A stretch of DNA of 64,000 nt from Marinobacter sp. (GCF_014359475.1 NZ_JACIZI010000022.1); one strand, 5' to 3'. Counted from the stretch's first letter, positions 35,674 to 46,690 are shown. The notes: a model not told the origin generated them from the sequence alone. A program made the numbers and translations.

Positions 35674-35701
35674 ATTATACTGACGTTACCGTTGAAAGCA
35701 A
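35674..35701 (-). promoter_or_regulatory. Sigma70 promoter of tRNA-Leu(-queA-tgt)
   Basis: TTGCTT-16-TATAAT plus C/G-rich discriminator. Confidence 0.75.
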
Positions 35702-35704
35702 CCA

Positions 35705-35729
35705 GCCGGCAGCCACAAAGACTGCCGGC
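35705..35729 (-). terminator. Hairpin after flgL
   Basis: GCCGGCAG/CTGCCGGC stem. Confidence 0.55.
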
Positions 35730-35737
35730 CGGGCGAA

Positions 35738-36976
35738 TTACAGGCGATCGAACAGTGACAACCTGGACACCTGGGCAAACGACTGCTGGGCAGCCTGCAA
35801 CACAAAGCTCTGAAAGCTCAGATTACTGATGGCCTCGGCGTAATCGAGATCCTCCAGTTCAGAGCGGATCTTCTTGCTATAGAGCCCGGAGTCCTCCAGG
35901 AACTGCTGGGTGGATTCCACCGCGTTCATGCGCCCGCCCAGATCCGTCTGCGTCAGCAGGATGCTTTCCTGGGCGTTATCCAGGTTGGTCAGGGAGTTGG
36001 CAATCATTTCCTGATACGTCTGAGCATCCGGTCCACGCAGATCATTCTCCAGCCCGTAAATAATCTTCTCGATGGTATTGAACACCGACTGTTTCTCGGC
36101 GGTCTGCAGGTTGAAGCGGTCGCCTTCCTGTGGGTCACCGATCACTTCAAAGCGGGCGCCCTGGAAAACAATCGGATCACCGCTGTTGAAAGTACCGGTA
36201 TCCAGCCAGGTAGTGGAGTCTGTCGTGTCCAGCGCAACACCCCTTTCCCGGACGTAGTAATTGCCACCCTGAAACTCCACCACCAGATCCTTCTTGTTTC
36301 CGGCATAGAAGTCATTGAACAGGGCCTGATCTTCAACCGCACCGGTAGTGATCTGCGCACCGGATGCATTGGCAGGATCCGCGCTGGTTATGAACGTCGG
36401 TTCTGCGCTGGCCACGTCTGAGAAAATGCCCTTGCCATGGTCACTGATGGCAACCGTCACACCGTCATCAATTTCCAGCTGGCGCTGGCCTTCATCCCCC
36501 TGATACACCCAGCTTCCGGATACGTTCTTGCCAAATGCTGCGGTTTCACCCTGATACCCACTGAAGATGTGCTCGCCGGAAGCATCCTTCGTATTGGCAA
36601 CATCCGCCAGCTGATCCAGCCGCTGGCGCAGTTCCGCCGCCAGGGAGGCGCGGTCATTATTGCTGAGGGCACCATTGCCCGCCTGTACCGTCAGCTCCCG
36701 TACCCGCTGCAGAATATCCGTCGCACTGCTCAGGGCTCCCTCTTCCAGCTCCAGCCGGTTGGTGGCCAGGGTTGCATTGCGTTTATAGGTCTCTATGCGC
36801 TGCACTTCCTGATCCAGCTTGAGGATGCGGGCCGCCGCGACCGGATCATCCGACGGCTTGTTTACTTTCTTGCCGGTGGAAATCTGCTCCTGGGTATTGT
36901 TTATCTGACTGTTCAGATTCTGCAGCCGGTTAATGCCACCGTTGAAGATCTGTTGAGAGGATATTCTGATCATCAC
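35738..36976 (-). CDS. flgL: Flagellar hook-associated protein FlgL
   Basis: MIRISSQQIF, STGKKVNKPSDDP and LDYAEAIS motifs. Confidence 0.96.
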   Translation of the reverse strand: MMIRISSQQIFNGGINRLQNLNSQINNTQEQISTGKKVNKPSDDPVAAARILKLDQEVQRIETYKRNATLATNRLELEEGALSSATDILQRVRELTVQAGNGALSNNDRASLAAELRQRLDQLADVANTKDASGEHIFSGYQGETAAFGKNVSGSWVYQGDEGQRQLEIDDGVTVAISDHGKGIFSDVASAEPTFITSADPANASGAQITTGAVEDQALFNDFYAGNKKDLVVEFQGGNYYVRERGVALDTTDSTTWLDTGTFNSGDPIVFQGARFEVIGDPQEGDRFNLQTAEKQSVFNTIEKIIYGLENDLRGPDAQTYQEMIANSLTNLDNAQESILLTQTDLGGRMNAVESTQQFLEDSGLYSKKIRSELEDLDYAEAISNLSFQSFVLQAAQQSFAQVSRLSLFDRL

Positions 36977-36989
36977 TCACCCCCTGCCA

Positions 36990-39035
36990 TTACCGGAAAC
37001 TCTGTAACAGCGTATTAAAAAGATCCTGCGCCACACTCATTACCTGGGCAGACGCATTGTAGGCCGCCTGGTACTGGATCAGCTTGCCCGCCTCCTCATC
37101 CAGGTTGACCCCGGATACCGACTCCCGCTGATTGGTGGACTGGTTCAGCAGTGTCTGACCAGCCTCCTTGTCGAGCTGACTCTGGCGGGTTTTGACACCG
37201 ATATCCTCAACCAGCCCGGCATAGCCCTCGGTAAAATTCTGGGTACCGTTGTTCAGTGTGTTGGCGGTGCCCAGCGCTGCCAGCAATCCGGCATTACGGT
37301 TATCCGAGGTGCCATTGGTGTTGTAGCCGATGGTGAATACATCACCATCCGCCGGCTTGCCGGAGATACTGAACTGGTAGCCACGGTACTCCGGAGAGGC
37401 CGGATCCTCGGTAAACAGCTTGTTGGACAGGCCGTCCTGATAGACATTGCGGGGCACGGCAGTGTTGCCATCTTCTATCAGCGCGCCAGTCTCGGCATTA
37501 TACAGGTCATACACCGTCTCACCGCTGCCCAGCGCCCGGAAACGGATTTCCAGGGGCGGGCTCAACTGGCCTTTTTGCCGGAAATCCGGCAGCAGGCTGT
37601 TGGTGAACGGGTTGCGCACATCCAGCATCCGCCCCTGATCAATCTTTGCATTGCCGGTATTACCCAGACTGCCTTCGGCCCGCACCGGGCTGGCAAATGC
37701 CAGGTCCTCTTCCCGCTCCACTTCCAGGGCGATGTTGCTGGCCCCCAGGCGAGTGGGCTGGATACTGAATTTGTCATCCGGTGAGAAGCTGCCGGATTCC
37801 ACCCGGATATTGAAACCGGGCATGGTGATTTCGGAGATTACCGGGTCCGGAAGCCGGCCGCGATTCACGACCTTTCCGCTACTGTCATCCACAAGCTCAT
37901 AATCCCGGCCATCACCGGTGAATTGCAGGGTCCAGGAGCCCGCCGGCAGATTCTGACTGTCGGTGATCTCCACCGCCAACCGCGCATCCCGGGGCTCGGA
38001 ATTGTTTTCACTGGCCACCACCCGCCCCCGCTGATAGGCATCGCGGTTTACATCCGAGAAGAACAGTCCGCCCAGATCCCCCTCCAGATCCATACCGATT
38101 TCATGCTGGTGGTTCATGGTTTCCTGCAGGCCGATCGCCACCCGGCCAAGCTGATCCCGGGCCGGATTCAGGGCCTCGGTTTCAAACCGACGCAGGCCGC
38201 CGAGCCTGCCACCGGTAATCTGTTCATCCACGGCAAGGGTGCGGCCACCGGCCGTCAGGGTGAACTGCAGGCGCACCGGGTCTTCGGGGCTGGTCCGGGT
38301 GCCCAGTTGCGAGGCATTGGCGCCCACCACCAGAGCCTGGCCGTTAGCAAGACTGACGTTTACCTGACTTCCCTCGGCAGGTATCACGCGAACATTGACC
38401 AGCTCTGAGAGTTTGCGCAATGCCTCATCGCGCTTGTCCAGCAACTCATTCGGCATGCGCCCCTGGGCCAGGCCCGGGGACTCGCTGATGGCCAGGTTCA
38501 GCTCTGCGATCGACTTGAGCAGGGTATTGGCATCGGCGGCACCCTGCTGCATCTGGGTCTTGACTGACTCCCGCTGCTGGATCAGCTCCTGGTTGATCGC
38601 CTCAAACCGGTTCACTACCTGCTGAGCCTCGCTCAGAACCAGTTGGCGCTGCGGCAAGGAAGCAGGATCCTCGGCAGCGTTCTGCAGGCTGGCGAAGAAA
38701 TTGTTCAATGCAGTGTTGAGACCGGTAGATTCGCCGCCCAGCAGGTTATCCAGCCGGCTCAGTTCGGCGTTAAGGGCGTTCTGCTCTCCGAACAGGGAAC
38801 TGTCTTCCCGCACCTGCTGCACCAGATACTGGTCCGCCAGCCGGCGGATATTGACCACATTGACACCGGTACCGATAGAACCTGCCCCGGTACGGCGCGC
38901 ATCCTGGGTTTCGAACACGGCTTCCTGCCGGCTGTAACCCGGGGTGTTGGCGTTGGTAATGTTATTACCGGTGGTATTCAGTGCCGCCTGGTGGCTCAGG
39001 ATGCCTGACAGCCCGGTTCCGATAAGACCTGCCAT
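36990..39035 (-). CDS. flgK: Flagellar hook-associated protein FlgK
   Basis: NNITNANTPGYSRQ and SGVNLDEEA...YQAAYNASA motifs. Confidence 0.96.
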   Translation of the reverse strand: MAGLIGTGLSGILSHQAALNTTGNNITNANTPGYSRQEAVFETQDARRTGAGSIGTGVNVVNIRRLADQYLVQQVREDSSLFGEQNALNAELSRLDNLLGGESTGLNTALNNFFASLQNAAEDPASLPQRQLVLSEAQQVVNRFEAINQELIQQRESVKTQMQQGAADANTLLKSIAELNLAISESPGLAQGRMPNELLDKRDEALRKLSELVNVRVIPAEGSQVNVSLANGQALVVGANASQLGTRTSPEDPVRLQFTLTAGGRTLAVDEQITGGRLGGLRRFETEALNPARDQLGRVAIGLQETMNHQHEIGMDLEGDLGGLFFSDVNRDAYQRGRVVASENNSEPRDARLAVEITDSQNLPAGSWTLQFTGDGRDYELVDDSSGKVVNRGRLPDPVISEITMPGFNIRVESGSFSPDDKFSIQPTRLGASNIALEVEREEDLAFASPVRAEGSLGNTGNAKIDQGRMLDVRNPFTNSLLPDFRQKGQLSPPLEIRFRALGSGETVYDLYNAETGALIEDGNTAVPRNVYQDGLSNKLFTEDPASPEYRGYQFSISGKPADGDVFTIGYNTNGTSDNRNAGLLAALGTANTLNNGTQNFTEGYAGLVEDIGVKTRQSQLDKEAGQTLLNQSTNQRESVSGVNLDEEAGKLIQYQAAYNASAQVMSVAQDLFNTLLQSFR

Positions 39036-39040
39036 AACCT

Positions 39041-40033
39041 TTACTCCTCAGCCTCCGACCGTCCGCTCACAGAAAGCGTCAGCATGGAGTCACCATTCAT
39101 GATGCGGCGAATCTTCGCCGCGTAATCCGGATCGGTGGCGTAGCCGGCTTTCTGCAACTGCTCGGCAAACTGATCCGGGTTATCCGCCGATTCGAGGGCA
39201 GCCCGGTAGCGGGGGTTCGATTCCAGGAAATCCACGTAATCCCGGAAGCTGGACTGGTAATCCGGATAAGCCCGGAACGCTGCCCGCTCGCTCATCGGAA
39301 TCCCTTCGCGATATTCAGTGGTGGCAATGTTTACCGAATCCCCCTGCCAGCGATGATCCGCCTTGATACCAAACAGATTGTGGCTGGGCTGACCACCATC
39401 GCCCTCAATCATGTGCCGGCCCCAGCCGGTTTCCAGCGCTGCCTGGGCCACCAGCAGGCGTGGACTGACCCCGCTCTCCCCGGCGATCTGACGGGCCACC
39501 GGCATCAGGCTGCTGACAAATTGCGCCGGCGATTCGAAGCGGCGCGGCAGGGCGCCGGCGGGTTCAGCCTGTACCGCAACAGACTTACTCACTTCATCCA
39601 CCTCGTGCAGCCGCACCGGCAACTGCGGAGAAAGATCCGGCAGGCTGCGATCGTAATCCGCCAGCGACGTCTTGTGGGATGCCAGACGCCCCCCCTGGTC
39701 GTCCATACCCGGAATCTGTCGGGACAGCTGCCTTACCAGGGCCTCGCTCAAACCAACCCCCGCATTGCGGGTCATGGACAGGCTGAGCTGGTTGTCAAAC
39801 ATATCCCGGTAGGACTCCGATTCATTGCTGTTGAGGTAATTGCCCTCGGCAAACACGTCACCGGCCTTGCGCATGGACTTCAGCATCTCCGACAGAAACA
39901 GGCTCTCGAACTGGCGCGCGACTTCTTCCAGCGCTGACTTTTTGTCGGTGCGGGCCTGGGCCTTCAGTGCGTTCAGGCCACCGAAGTCGGTATAGATCCC
40001 TGCCTTGTCAACGCTGTAGCTCTGCATACTCAC
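39041..40033 (-). CDS. flgJ: Flagellar rod assembly protein/muramidase FlgJ
   Basis: ARQFESLF rod-binding domain; AQAALETGWG, NLFGIKA and GYATDP glucosaminidase motifs. Confidence 0.95.
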   Translation of the reverse strand: MSMQSYSVDKAGIYTDFGGLNALKAQARTDKKSALEEVARQFESLFLSEMLKSMRKAGDVFAEGNYLNSNESESYRDMFDNQLSLSMTRNAGVGLSEALVRQLSRQIPGMDDQGGRLASHKTSLADYDRSLPDLSPQLPVRLHEVDEVSKSVAVQAEPAGALPRRFESPAQFVSSLMPVARQIAGESGVSPRLLVAQAALETGWGRHMIEGDGGQPSHNLFGIKADHRWQGDSVNIATTEYREGIPMSERAAFRAYPDYQSSFRDYVDFLESNPRYRAALESADNPDQFAEQLQKAGYATDPDYAAKIRRIMNGDSMLTLSVSGRSEAEE

Positions 40034-40035
40034 AC

Positions 40036-41133
40036 CTAGATAACAATCAGCTCGGCCCGCAGCGCGCCGGCCTGTTTCAGCGCTTCCAGTACCGCCATCA
40101 CATCACCGGGGGCCGCGCCTACCTGGTTAACCGCCTGCACAATCTCATTCAGGGTCACCGCCGGGCCGAACTGGAACATTCTGGCCGGCTCCTGGGTTAC
40201 CGCAATCTGCGTATTCTGCTCCACGGCCACCTCACCTCCCGCGAAGGGCCCCGGCTGCTCAACATTGGGGTTCTCTTCGATGGTGACCGTCAGATTGCCG
40301 TGGGTAACCGCTGCTGCACTTACCTGCACATTCTTGCCCACCACGATGGTGCCGGTACGGCTGTTGATCACCACCTTGGCGGCTTCCTCTGCGGGTTCGA
40401 TATCGATGTTCTCCAGAATCGACAGGAAACTGACACGCTGGGAGGGGTCCCGGGGCGCCCGCACTGATACCGACGTGGCATCATGGGCATAGGCCATATC
40501 GGGCCCAAGACGACCATTAATGGCCTCCACAACCCGTCGTGCCGTCGTGAAATCCGGATTCAGCAGATTGAAGGTGATGGTATCGCCCTTGGAAAATGGC
40601 GATGCCACTTCCCGCTCAATCGTGGCACCGTTGGGAATCCGTCCGGCACTGGGAATGTTAACCGTGATGCGGGAGCCGTCCGCGCCACCAGCACCGAACC
40701 CGCCCACCACCAGGTTGCCCTGGGCCATGGCATAGATCTGCTCATCCGCGCCACGCAGCGGAGTCATCAGCAGGGTACCGCCCCGCAGGCTGTCCGCGTT
40801 GCCGATGGAGGAAACGGTCACATCCATCTCCTGACCGGGCTTCGCAAAGGGAGGCAAGCTGGCACTGACCATCACCGCCGCGACGTTATCCGGGTCCGGG
40901 TCCACGCCTTCCGGCAAGGTGATGCCAAACTGGTTCAGCAGGTTCCTGAAAGACTGACTGGTGAACGCAGTGTTGTCACCGCTCCCATCCAGGCCAACGA
41001 CCAGGCCGTAACCGATCAACTGGTTATTACGCACACCCTTGAGCCGCGCCATATCCTTAAGCCGGTCCGCCAGCACCGGCGCTGCAACGACGCTCAGGCA
41101 CAGTGCCGCCACCCACAACCGCAGACATCTCAT
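40036..41133 (-). CDS. flgI: Flagellar P-ring protein FlgI
   Basis: ATG at 41133; [14 protein letters not shown] and [12 protein letters not shown] motifs. Confidence 0.96.
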   Translation of the reverse strand: MRCLRLWVAALCLSVVAAPVLADRLKDMARLKGVRNNQLIGYGLVVGLDGSGDNTAFTSQSFRNLLNQFGITLPEGVDPDPDNVAAVMVSASLPPFAKPGQEMDVTVSSIGNADSLRGGTLLMTPLRGADEQIYAMAQGNLVVGGFGAGGADGSRITVNIPSAGRIPNGATIEREVASPFSKGDTITFNLLNPDFTTARRVVEAINGRLGPDMAYAHDATSVSVRAPRDPSQRVSFLSILENIDIEPAEEAAKVVINSRTGTIVVGKNVQVSAAAVTHGNLTVTIEENPNVEQPGPFAGGEVAVEQNTQIAVTQEPARMFQFGPAVTLNEIVQAVNQVGAAPGDVMAVLEALKQAGALRAELIVI

Positions 41134-41834
41134 AAGGGCCACCACTCACTGTTGAAGAACCGCGCCAGCCAGCCCATCTGGTTTGCCTGGTCGAAGTCAC
41201 CGGTACCACCGTAGGCAATGCGGGCATCCGCTATCCGGTTGGAGGGAACGCGGTTATCGGGAGATATATCCTGCGGACGCACCAGCCCGGTCAGGCGGAT
41301 ATACTCATCGCCATTCGTCAGGGACAGCCACTTCTCACCGCGAATTCTCAGTACGCCATTGGGCAGGATCTCCGTAACCGTCACGGTAATGCTGCCGTTC
41401 AGGCTGTTGCTCTGGTCGGCTTCCGCCTGCCCCTCGAAGTCCCTCTCGGAAATCACTGAGGTATCCAGGCCGATATTGGCCTTGCCAAACAGGGTTGGCT
41501 CCGGCAGCGACACTTCCTGGTCCTTGGTGATACTGCTCTCGGCATTCTTGGAAGCCTGCGTGGACTCCCGCAGGTTCACCGTCAGAATGTCGCCGACATT
41601 CAACGCGATCCGATCACCGTAGGGGTTGTAGTTCCGGGACCTCTGGAAAATCGAGCCGGATTCCGCATCCCGCTGGTCCATGATCTGGGGCCGCACCGGG
41701 GCGAACATCGGGTCATCCGGCTGGGGACGGGGGCGGCTCATGGCGGTACAGCCCTGCAATACCATCAGCGCGGCAACCAGCACCAGGGTGCCGGCTCCGT
41801 GTTTTGCTGGGGGGTATCCTCTGAACAATCTCAT
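41130..41834 (-). CDS. flgH: Flagellar L-ring lipoprotein FlgH
   Basis: ATG at 41834 with GGAG RBS; lipobox LQGC; GEKWL and RIADARIAY motifs. Confidence 0.95.
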   Translation of the reverse strand: MRLFRGYPPAKHGAGTLVLVAALMVLQGCTAMSRPRPQPDDPMFAPVRPQIMDQRDAESGSIFQRSRNYNPYGDRIALNVGDILTVNLRESTQASKNAESSITKDQEVSLPEPTLFGKANIGLDTSVISERDFEGQAEADQSNSLNGSITVTVTEILPNGVLRIRGEKWLSLTNGDEYIRLTGLVRPQDISPDNRVPSNRIADARIAYGGTGDFDQANQMGWLARFFNSEWWPL

Positions 41835-41869
41835 GACCTGTCTCCCGTCATTCACTCTGCCTTTGTCCG

Positions 41870-42658
41870 TTAACCGATGTTGTTGGTCACGAACTGCAGC
41901 ATCTGGTCGGTTGCGGACACCACTTTGGAGTTCATTTCATAGGCCCGCTGGGTGGTGATCATGCCCACCAGCTCCTCCACCACTTTCACGTTGGAAGCCT
42001 CGGTCATACCCTGCTCAATGGTGCCCAGCCCGGCAATACCCGGCTCGCCTTCCACCGGATCACCACTGGCATTGGTGGCCCGGTACAGGTTGTCGCCCAT
42101 GGCCTGCAGCCCCTGGGGGTTGATGAAGTCCACCAGGGTCACTTCACCGAGGTTGACCGGGTCCGCTTCATTCTCCACCACGGCGGTCACGGTGCCATCA
42201 CGGCCGATGGTGATATTGGTGGCGTTCTCGGGCACAGTGATATTCGGCTCCAGCAGGAAACCGTCCGGAGTCACCACATCACCATCGGAGTTGAGCTGGA
42301 ACTGACCGTCCCGGGTGTAGGCGATGTCGCCGTCCGGCATCTGCACCTGGAAGAAACCACGTCCGTTGACCGCCATATCCAGCGGCTGCTCGGTCACTTC
42401 CAGGTTGCCCTGTGTAAACTGCTTGGCGGTGCCGGCCACCCGCACACCGGTACCCAGCTGAAGGCCTGAAGGCAACTCGGAATTCTGGGTATTCATACCT
42501 CCCGGCTGCCGGTTGATCTGGTAAAGCAAATCCTGGAACACCGCACGATCCCGCTTGAAGCCTGTGGTGTTCACGTTCGCCAGGTTGTTCGAGATGGTGG
42601 CCATCTTGGTATCCTGAGCGCTGAGACCGGTTTTACTGACCCAAAGTGCTGGATGCAT
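41870..42658 (-). CDS. flgG: Flagellar basal-body rod protein FlgG
   Basis: MHPALWVSKTGL, NNLANVNTTGFK, YTRDG and QRAYEMNSK motifs. Confidence 0.97.
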   Translation of the reverse strand: MHPALWVSKTGLSAQDTKMATISNNLANVNTTGFKRDRAVFQDLLYQINRQPGGMNTQNSELPSGLQLGTGVRVAGTAKQFTQGNLEVTEQPLDMAVNGRGFFQVQMPDGDIAYTRDGQFQLNSDGDVVTPDGFLLEPNITVPENATNITIGRDGTVTAVVENEADPVNLGEVTLVDFINPQGLQAMGDNLYRATNASGDPVEGEPGIAGLGTIEQGMTEASNVKVVEELVGMITTQRAYEMNSKVVSATDQMLQFVTNNIG

Positions 42659-42733
42659 GGTTTTACTCCTCGCCGGCTGACCGGCCAAAGTTTGCCGCCC
42701 GACCCGGATTAATCACCCGGAATGGGCGCGTTA

Positions 42734-43486
42734 TCAGAGATTCTGCAACAGCCGTGCCGCAGATTCGGAATTCTGTTTTGCGGTCTGCATGATCTTTATC
42801 TGCATCTCGAACTGCCTGGAAAGCTGCAGGTTGGAGATCATCTCCTCCACCGCATTCACATTGGAACTTTCCAGAAAACCGGAAGCCACCCGCAGGTTCG
42901 CATCCACCGGCTCCATACCACCGATGGCGGCATCCGGCTTGCGCCGCATATAACCATCCGGACCCTTTTCAATGTCCCGGGCCGGCGGATTCACCAGTTT
43001 CAGCCGGTCCACTTCCACCAGCTGGTCCGGCGGACCGCCCACCGGCACCACGGAGATGGACCCATCCTCGCCAACCTGGACATTCTCGAACGGCGGGAGA
43101 GCCACGGGGCCGCCATTTCCCATCACCATTTCACCACCGGACAGACGCAGCATGCCGTTGGCATCAATCTGCAGGCTGCCGGTGCGGGTGAACACTTCTT
43201 CCCCCTGGGCATTCTGGATGGCCAGCCAGCCTTCGCCTTTCATGGCCACGTCCAGCTTGCGGCCGGTCTCCTGCAAGGCACCGGCGGAGAGATCCGTACC
43301 GGGCCTTTCGGACATGGCATAGGCCCGGGTCGGGTGGCCTGCGCCGAATACCGACATACTGCGGGCCTGAGCGAAGTCCTTCTTGAACCCCGTGGTATTC
43401 ACGTTGGCCAGGTTGTTGGCGTGGGCGCGCTGGGAAAGCATGTTCTGCTTGGCACCCGACATACCGATATAAAGGGCTTTGTCCAT
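42734..43486 (-). CDS. flgF: Flagellar basal-body rod protein FlgF
   Basis: MDKALYIGMSGA, NNLANVNTTGFK and LESSNVN motifs. Confidence 0.96.
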   Translation of the reverse strand: MDKALYIGMSGAKQNMLSQRAHANNLANVNTTGFKKDFAQARSMSVFGAGHPTRAYAMSERPGTDLSAGALQETGRKLDVAMKGEGWLAIQNAQGEEVFTRTGSLQIDANGMLRLSGGEMVMGNGGPVALPPFENVQVGEDGSISVVPVGGPPDQLVEVDRLKLVNPPARDIEKGPDGYMRRKPDAAIGGMEPVDANLRVASGFLESSNVNAVEEMISNLQLSRQFEMQIKIMQTAKQNSESAARLLQNL

Positions 43487-43537
43487 GGGCAAACTCCTGC
43501 CGGAAATTTGACTGTTACCAGTGCTTTTCCGTAATGC

Positions 43538-43553
43538 AGCAGGAACTGTGCCA
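43538..43553 (-). promoter_or_regulatory. Sigma54 (-24/-12) promoter for flgFGHIJKL
   Basis: TGGCACAGTTCCTGCT with GG-N10-GC spacing. Confidence 0.78.
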
Positions 43554-43576
43554 AAAGTGTCTGGCAGGCATCAGAA

Positions 43577-43606
43577 GGCCCGCACCCCCGATAAGGGGCG
43601 CGGGCC
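43577..43606 (-). terminator. Hairpin after flgE
   Basis: GGCCCGCACCCC/GGGGCGCGGGCC stem. Confidence 0.55.
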
Positions 43607-43627
43607 GGGAGGGTCTACGGAACGCTG

Positions 43628-45496
43628 TTACCGCAGGTTGATGATGGTCTGGGTGACCGCATCGGAGGTTTCAATGGTCTTGGCGTTGGCCTGGTAGTTG
43701 CGCTGGGCAATGATCAGGTTCACCAGTTCCGCCGAAAGATCGATATTGGACTCTTCCACCGAACTGGCCTTGATGGAGCCCAGAGTGCCGGTGTCCGGTG
43801 CACCGATGATTGGCTGGCCGGATTCGAAGGTTTCCACCCAGGTGGTCTCGCCTACCGGAGACAGGCCATTGGTGTTCTGGAATCCCGCCAGCGCCACCTG
43901 CCCCAGCCCCTGAGACTGGCCATTCGTGTAGCGGGCAAACAATACCCCCTGGTCGGAAACATCGAGCCCACTCAGCCGTCCGGTGGTGTAACCGTTCTGC
44001 TGCTGATCATTTACCCCGAACGAGCTTCCGTACTGGGTGGTGTCACCCAGGTCCAACACAAAAGCCGAGGAGGTGGGCGGATCCGGAATCGGGCTCACTA
44101 CCGAGGTGGGGTCAGCCGGGGGACCATCGGCACCGTTGGGCTCACCGGCCGAATCCTTGGGTGTCCAGTCGGTCACCAGGATCTCACCGTTGGCATCCCC
44201 GTTGATGGAGGTCAGGGAGCCGTCCGCGTTGAATCGTGCGGTGTACGGATTGATATCGGTATTGCCGACATACTCACCGTCGATCTGCAGATAGATGGAC
44301 CATTCACTCTGGCCCACGCCGTTACCCGGAGACGGTTCCTTCACATAAAACTGGGTCATCTCATGGGAGTTACCCAGGCTGTCGTAGACCGTCGTGGAGG
44401 TGGCGTGGTTATAGGTACGCTGATCAATCGGGTTGAACGCATTGGTCACCTGGATATTGCCGCCGTTGAAAGCCACCTCGAAGTCGTTTCCGCCACCATC
44501 AACTGAATCCACTATACGATCCGCAATCGGTATTACGGTGCCCCGCACCTCGACTGGACCCCCTAGCCCGGTATAGTTATAGGAGATATCCTCACCCTGG
44601 TTCTGAGTAATTTGTAGCTCGCCGGCATTGTTGAAACTGGCCAGAATAGTGTTCTCGTCAGAGGCATTGATCCGGTCTCGCAGCCCTGCAAGGGAATCAA
44701 TACCACTGGTGTCCACCTGAATCTGGCCGGTACCGATACTGAGCTCGAAATTGAAGCCCGGAGTAGCGACATCCGCATCCGTCAAAGCAGCCAACGTTGC
44801 TGTTGTTGTGGCGCTGGCGCTGAAACCGGTGGCTCCACTGATCTCGGCAGCCGCCTGCCGGGCTGTGGCACCTGTAGGAATGCTGACCGTCTCATCCGGA
44901 GAGCCATCGTTATAGCTGATGGTAAACGTTTCCGAATCAATGCCGTTGGCGCCTCCCACCTGCAGCTCACCCAGGTTACGTACCCGGCGCTCCAGCACTT
45001 CTTCCCGGGAATCCAGGTTTACATCGGTCTGCAGCAAGGTAGTGCGGCGCGGTGCCAGATTATCGGTTTCTATCTGCAAATCACCCCGAATACCGGAAAG
45101 GTTACCATCTTCATCCGCCGTGAAACCCTGCACCCGCATATTCTGGTTATTGACCACATAACCTTCCTTGTCAATCTGGAACTGGCCGGCACGGGAGTAA
45201 CGGATCTCACCACCGTTGTTAAGAATAAAGAAGCCATCGCCGTTGATCGCCAAGTCCAGGCCGTTATCGGTAAAACTGATGTTGCCCTGAGCGAACGACT
45301 GCTTTACGTCCTGCACCCGCACACCGTCCCCGATCGGGTTGGTGCCGGCACTCAGGAAACCGGAGGCATAGAGGTCACCGAACTGTGCCTTGCTGCCCTT
45401 GAAACCAACCGTGCTTGCGTTGGCAATGTTATTGCCGGTCACATCCAGGTCGACCGACGCTGCCCGAAGGCCACTGAGTCCTGTATTAAACGCCAT
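43628..45496 (-). CDS. flgE: Flagellar hook protein FlgE (long form)
   Basis: GNNIANASTVGFK, YSRAG, YDSLG and IIAQRNYQANAKTI motifs; 622 aa with a central insertion. Confidence 0.96.
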   Translation of the reverse strand: MAFNTGLSGLRAASVDLDVTGNNIANASTVGFKGSKAQFGDLYASGFLSAGTNPIGDGVRVQDVKQSFAQGNISFTDNGLDLAINGDGFFILNNGGEIRYSRAGQFQIDKEGYVVNNQNMRVQGFTADEDGNLSGIRGDLQIETDNLAPRRTTLLQTDVNLDSREEVLERRVRNLGELQVGGANGIDSETFTISYNDGSPDETVSIPTGATARQAAAEISGATGFSASATTTATLAALTDADVATPGFNFELSIGTGQIQVDTSGIDSLAGLRDRINASDENTILASFNNAGELQITQNQGEDISYNYTGLGGPVEVRGTVIPIADRIVDSVDGGGNDFEVAFNGGNIQVTNAFNPIDQRTYNHATSTTVYDSLGNSHEMTQFYVKEPSPGNGVGQSEWSIYLQIDGEYVGNTDINPYTARFNADGSLTSINGDANGEILVTDWTPKDSAGEPNGADGPPADPTSVVSPIPDPPTSSAFVLDLGDTTQYGSSFGVNDQQQNGYTTGRLSGLDVSDQGVLFARYTNGQSQGLGQVALAGFQNTNGLSPVGETTWVETFESGQPIIGAPDTGTLGSIKASSVEESNIDLSAELVNLIIAQRNYQANAKTIETSDAVTQTIINLR

Positions 45497-45521
45497 ACTT
45501 CACCTCTTGATGTTACCGGTA

Positions 45522-46196
45522 TCAGTTAATCTGCCGCACTTCGGACAGGTCGATGGAACCCATGCCTGCCAGGTTCAGCGTCACCCGGCCGTTCTGGCCC
45601 AGGGACACGCTGTCAACATTGGCATTCACCATGGTGCCCAGCTGCTGGGGGCCACCCGGGTAGCTGCCTTCGGCGATAATCTTGTAGCTGCCCGGCGGCA
45701 ATTCATTGCCGTTGCCGTCGGTGCCGTCCCAGTGGAAGGATTTCACACCCTGCCCCGCGGAACCGAGATCCAGCTGCCGGATGCGCTCCCCACTGGCATT
45801 CTCAATGGACACCTTCAGGCTCCCGGTGGAAGCGGGCACTTCGATGGTGCCTTTGATGCTGCCCTCAGCACCCAGGATACCCACTGATGAGGGCGCCAGC
45901 ACTGAGCGCCCGACCATGGCGGAAGCCTGCAATGCCTGGGTAGAGCGGAACTGCCCCGCCACATCGTCCACCGTGCCGGAAAGCTTCTGCATTTCTTCCA
46001 GGGACGAGAACTGGGCCAGCTGGGCAATAAACGCACCGTTTTCCTGGGGTTCCAGGGGATTCTGGTTCTTCAACTGTGCCAGCATCAGCTCCATGAACTC
46101 ACCACGGCCCAGCTCACTGGTGCCGGTACCGTTGCCGCTCTGCTGCGCCCGGTACTGGGCGAGGGGGTCATTGCCTGTTATCTGATCAATACTCAT
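45522..46196 (-). CDS. flgD: Flagellar hook cap protein FlgD
   Basis: FMELMLAQLKNQNPLEP and QLAQFS motifs. Confidence 0.96.
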   Translation of the reverse strand: MSIDQITGNDPLAQYRAQQSGNGTGTSELGRGEFMELMLAQLKNQNPLEPQENGAFIAQLAQFSSLEEMQKLSGTVDDVAGQFRSTQALQASAMVGRSVLAPSSVGILGAEGSIKGTIEVPASTGSLKVSIENASGERIRQLDLGSAGQGVKSFHWDGTDGNGNELPPGSYKIIAEGSYPGGPQQLGTMVNANVDSVSLGQNGRVTLNLAGMGSIDLSEVRQIN

Positions 46197-46211
46197 TGTC
46201 CGGCCCTCTCC

Positions 46212-46664
46212 TTATTGCTGTCCGAGCGTCAGAATGCGCTGCATCATGGATTTGGCGGTGTTCATCACATCCACATTCATCTGGAAACTGCGGGAAGACG
46301 ACATCATGTCCGCCATTTCCTCCACCACATTCACGTTCGGGTAATACACATACCCTTCCTCGTTTGCAGCGGGGTGGTCCGGCTCATAGCGCATCTGCAA
46401 TTCCGCATCGCTTTCCACAATGCCTTCCACCCGCACACCGGCAGAGGCCTGCCCTTCCTCGCTCAGCAGTGGCAGGTGCCGCTGGTCCGGATTCAGCATC
46501 TGCTGCTGTATGGCAGCAAACACCGGCTTGCGGGCGCGGTAAGTGGTGTCAATACTGGAACTGGCGGTTTCCGCGTTGGCAATGTTGGATGCGGTAGTGT
46601 TCAACCGCAGTGACTGAGCCGTCATGCCGGAACCGGCGATATCAAAAATGCTGCCCAGGGACAT
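46212..46664 (-). CDS. flgC: Flagellar basal-body rod protein FlgC
   Basis: SNIANAET and YEPDHPAAN...YPNVNVVEEM motifs. Confidence 0.97.
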   Translation of the reverse strand: MSLGSIFDIAGSGMTAQSLRLNTTASNIANAETASSSIDTTYRARKPVFAAIQQQMLNPDQRHLPLLSEEGQASAGVRVEGIVESDAELQMRYEPDHPAANEEGYVYYPNVNVVEEMADMMSSSRSFQMNVDVMNTAKSMMQRILTLGQQ

Positions 46665-46690
46665 GGTCTATTTCCTCTGCGAATCCGGTG

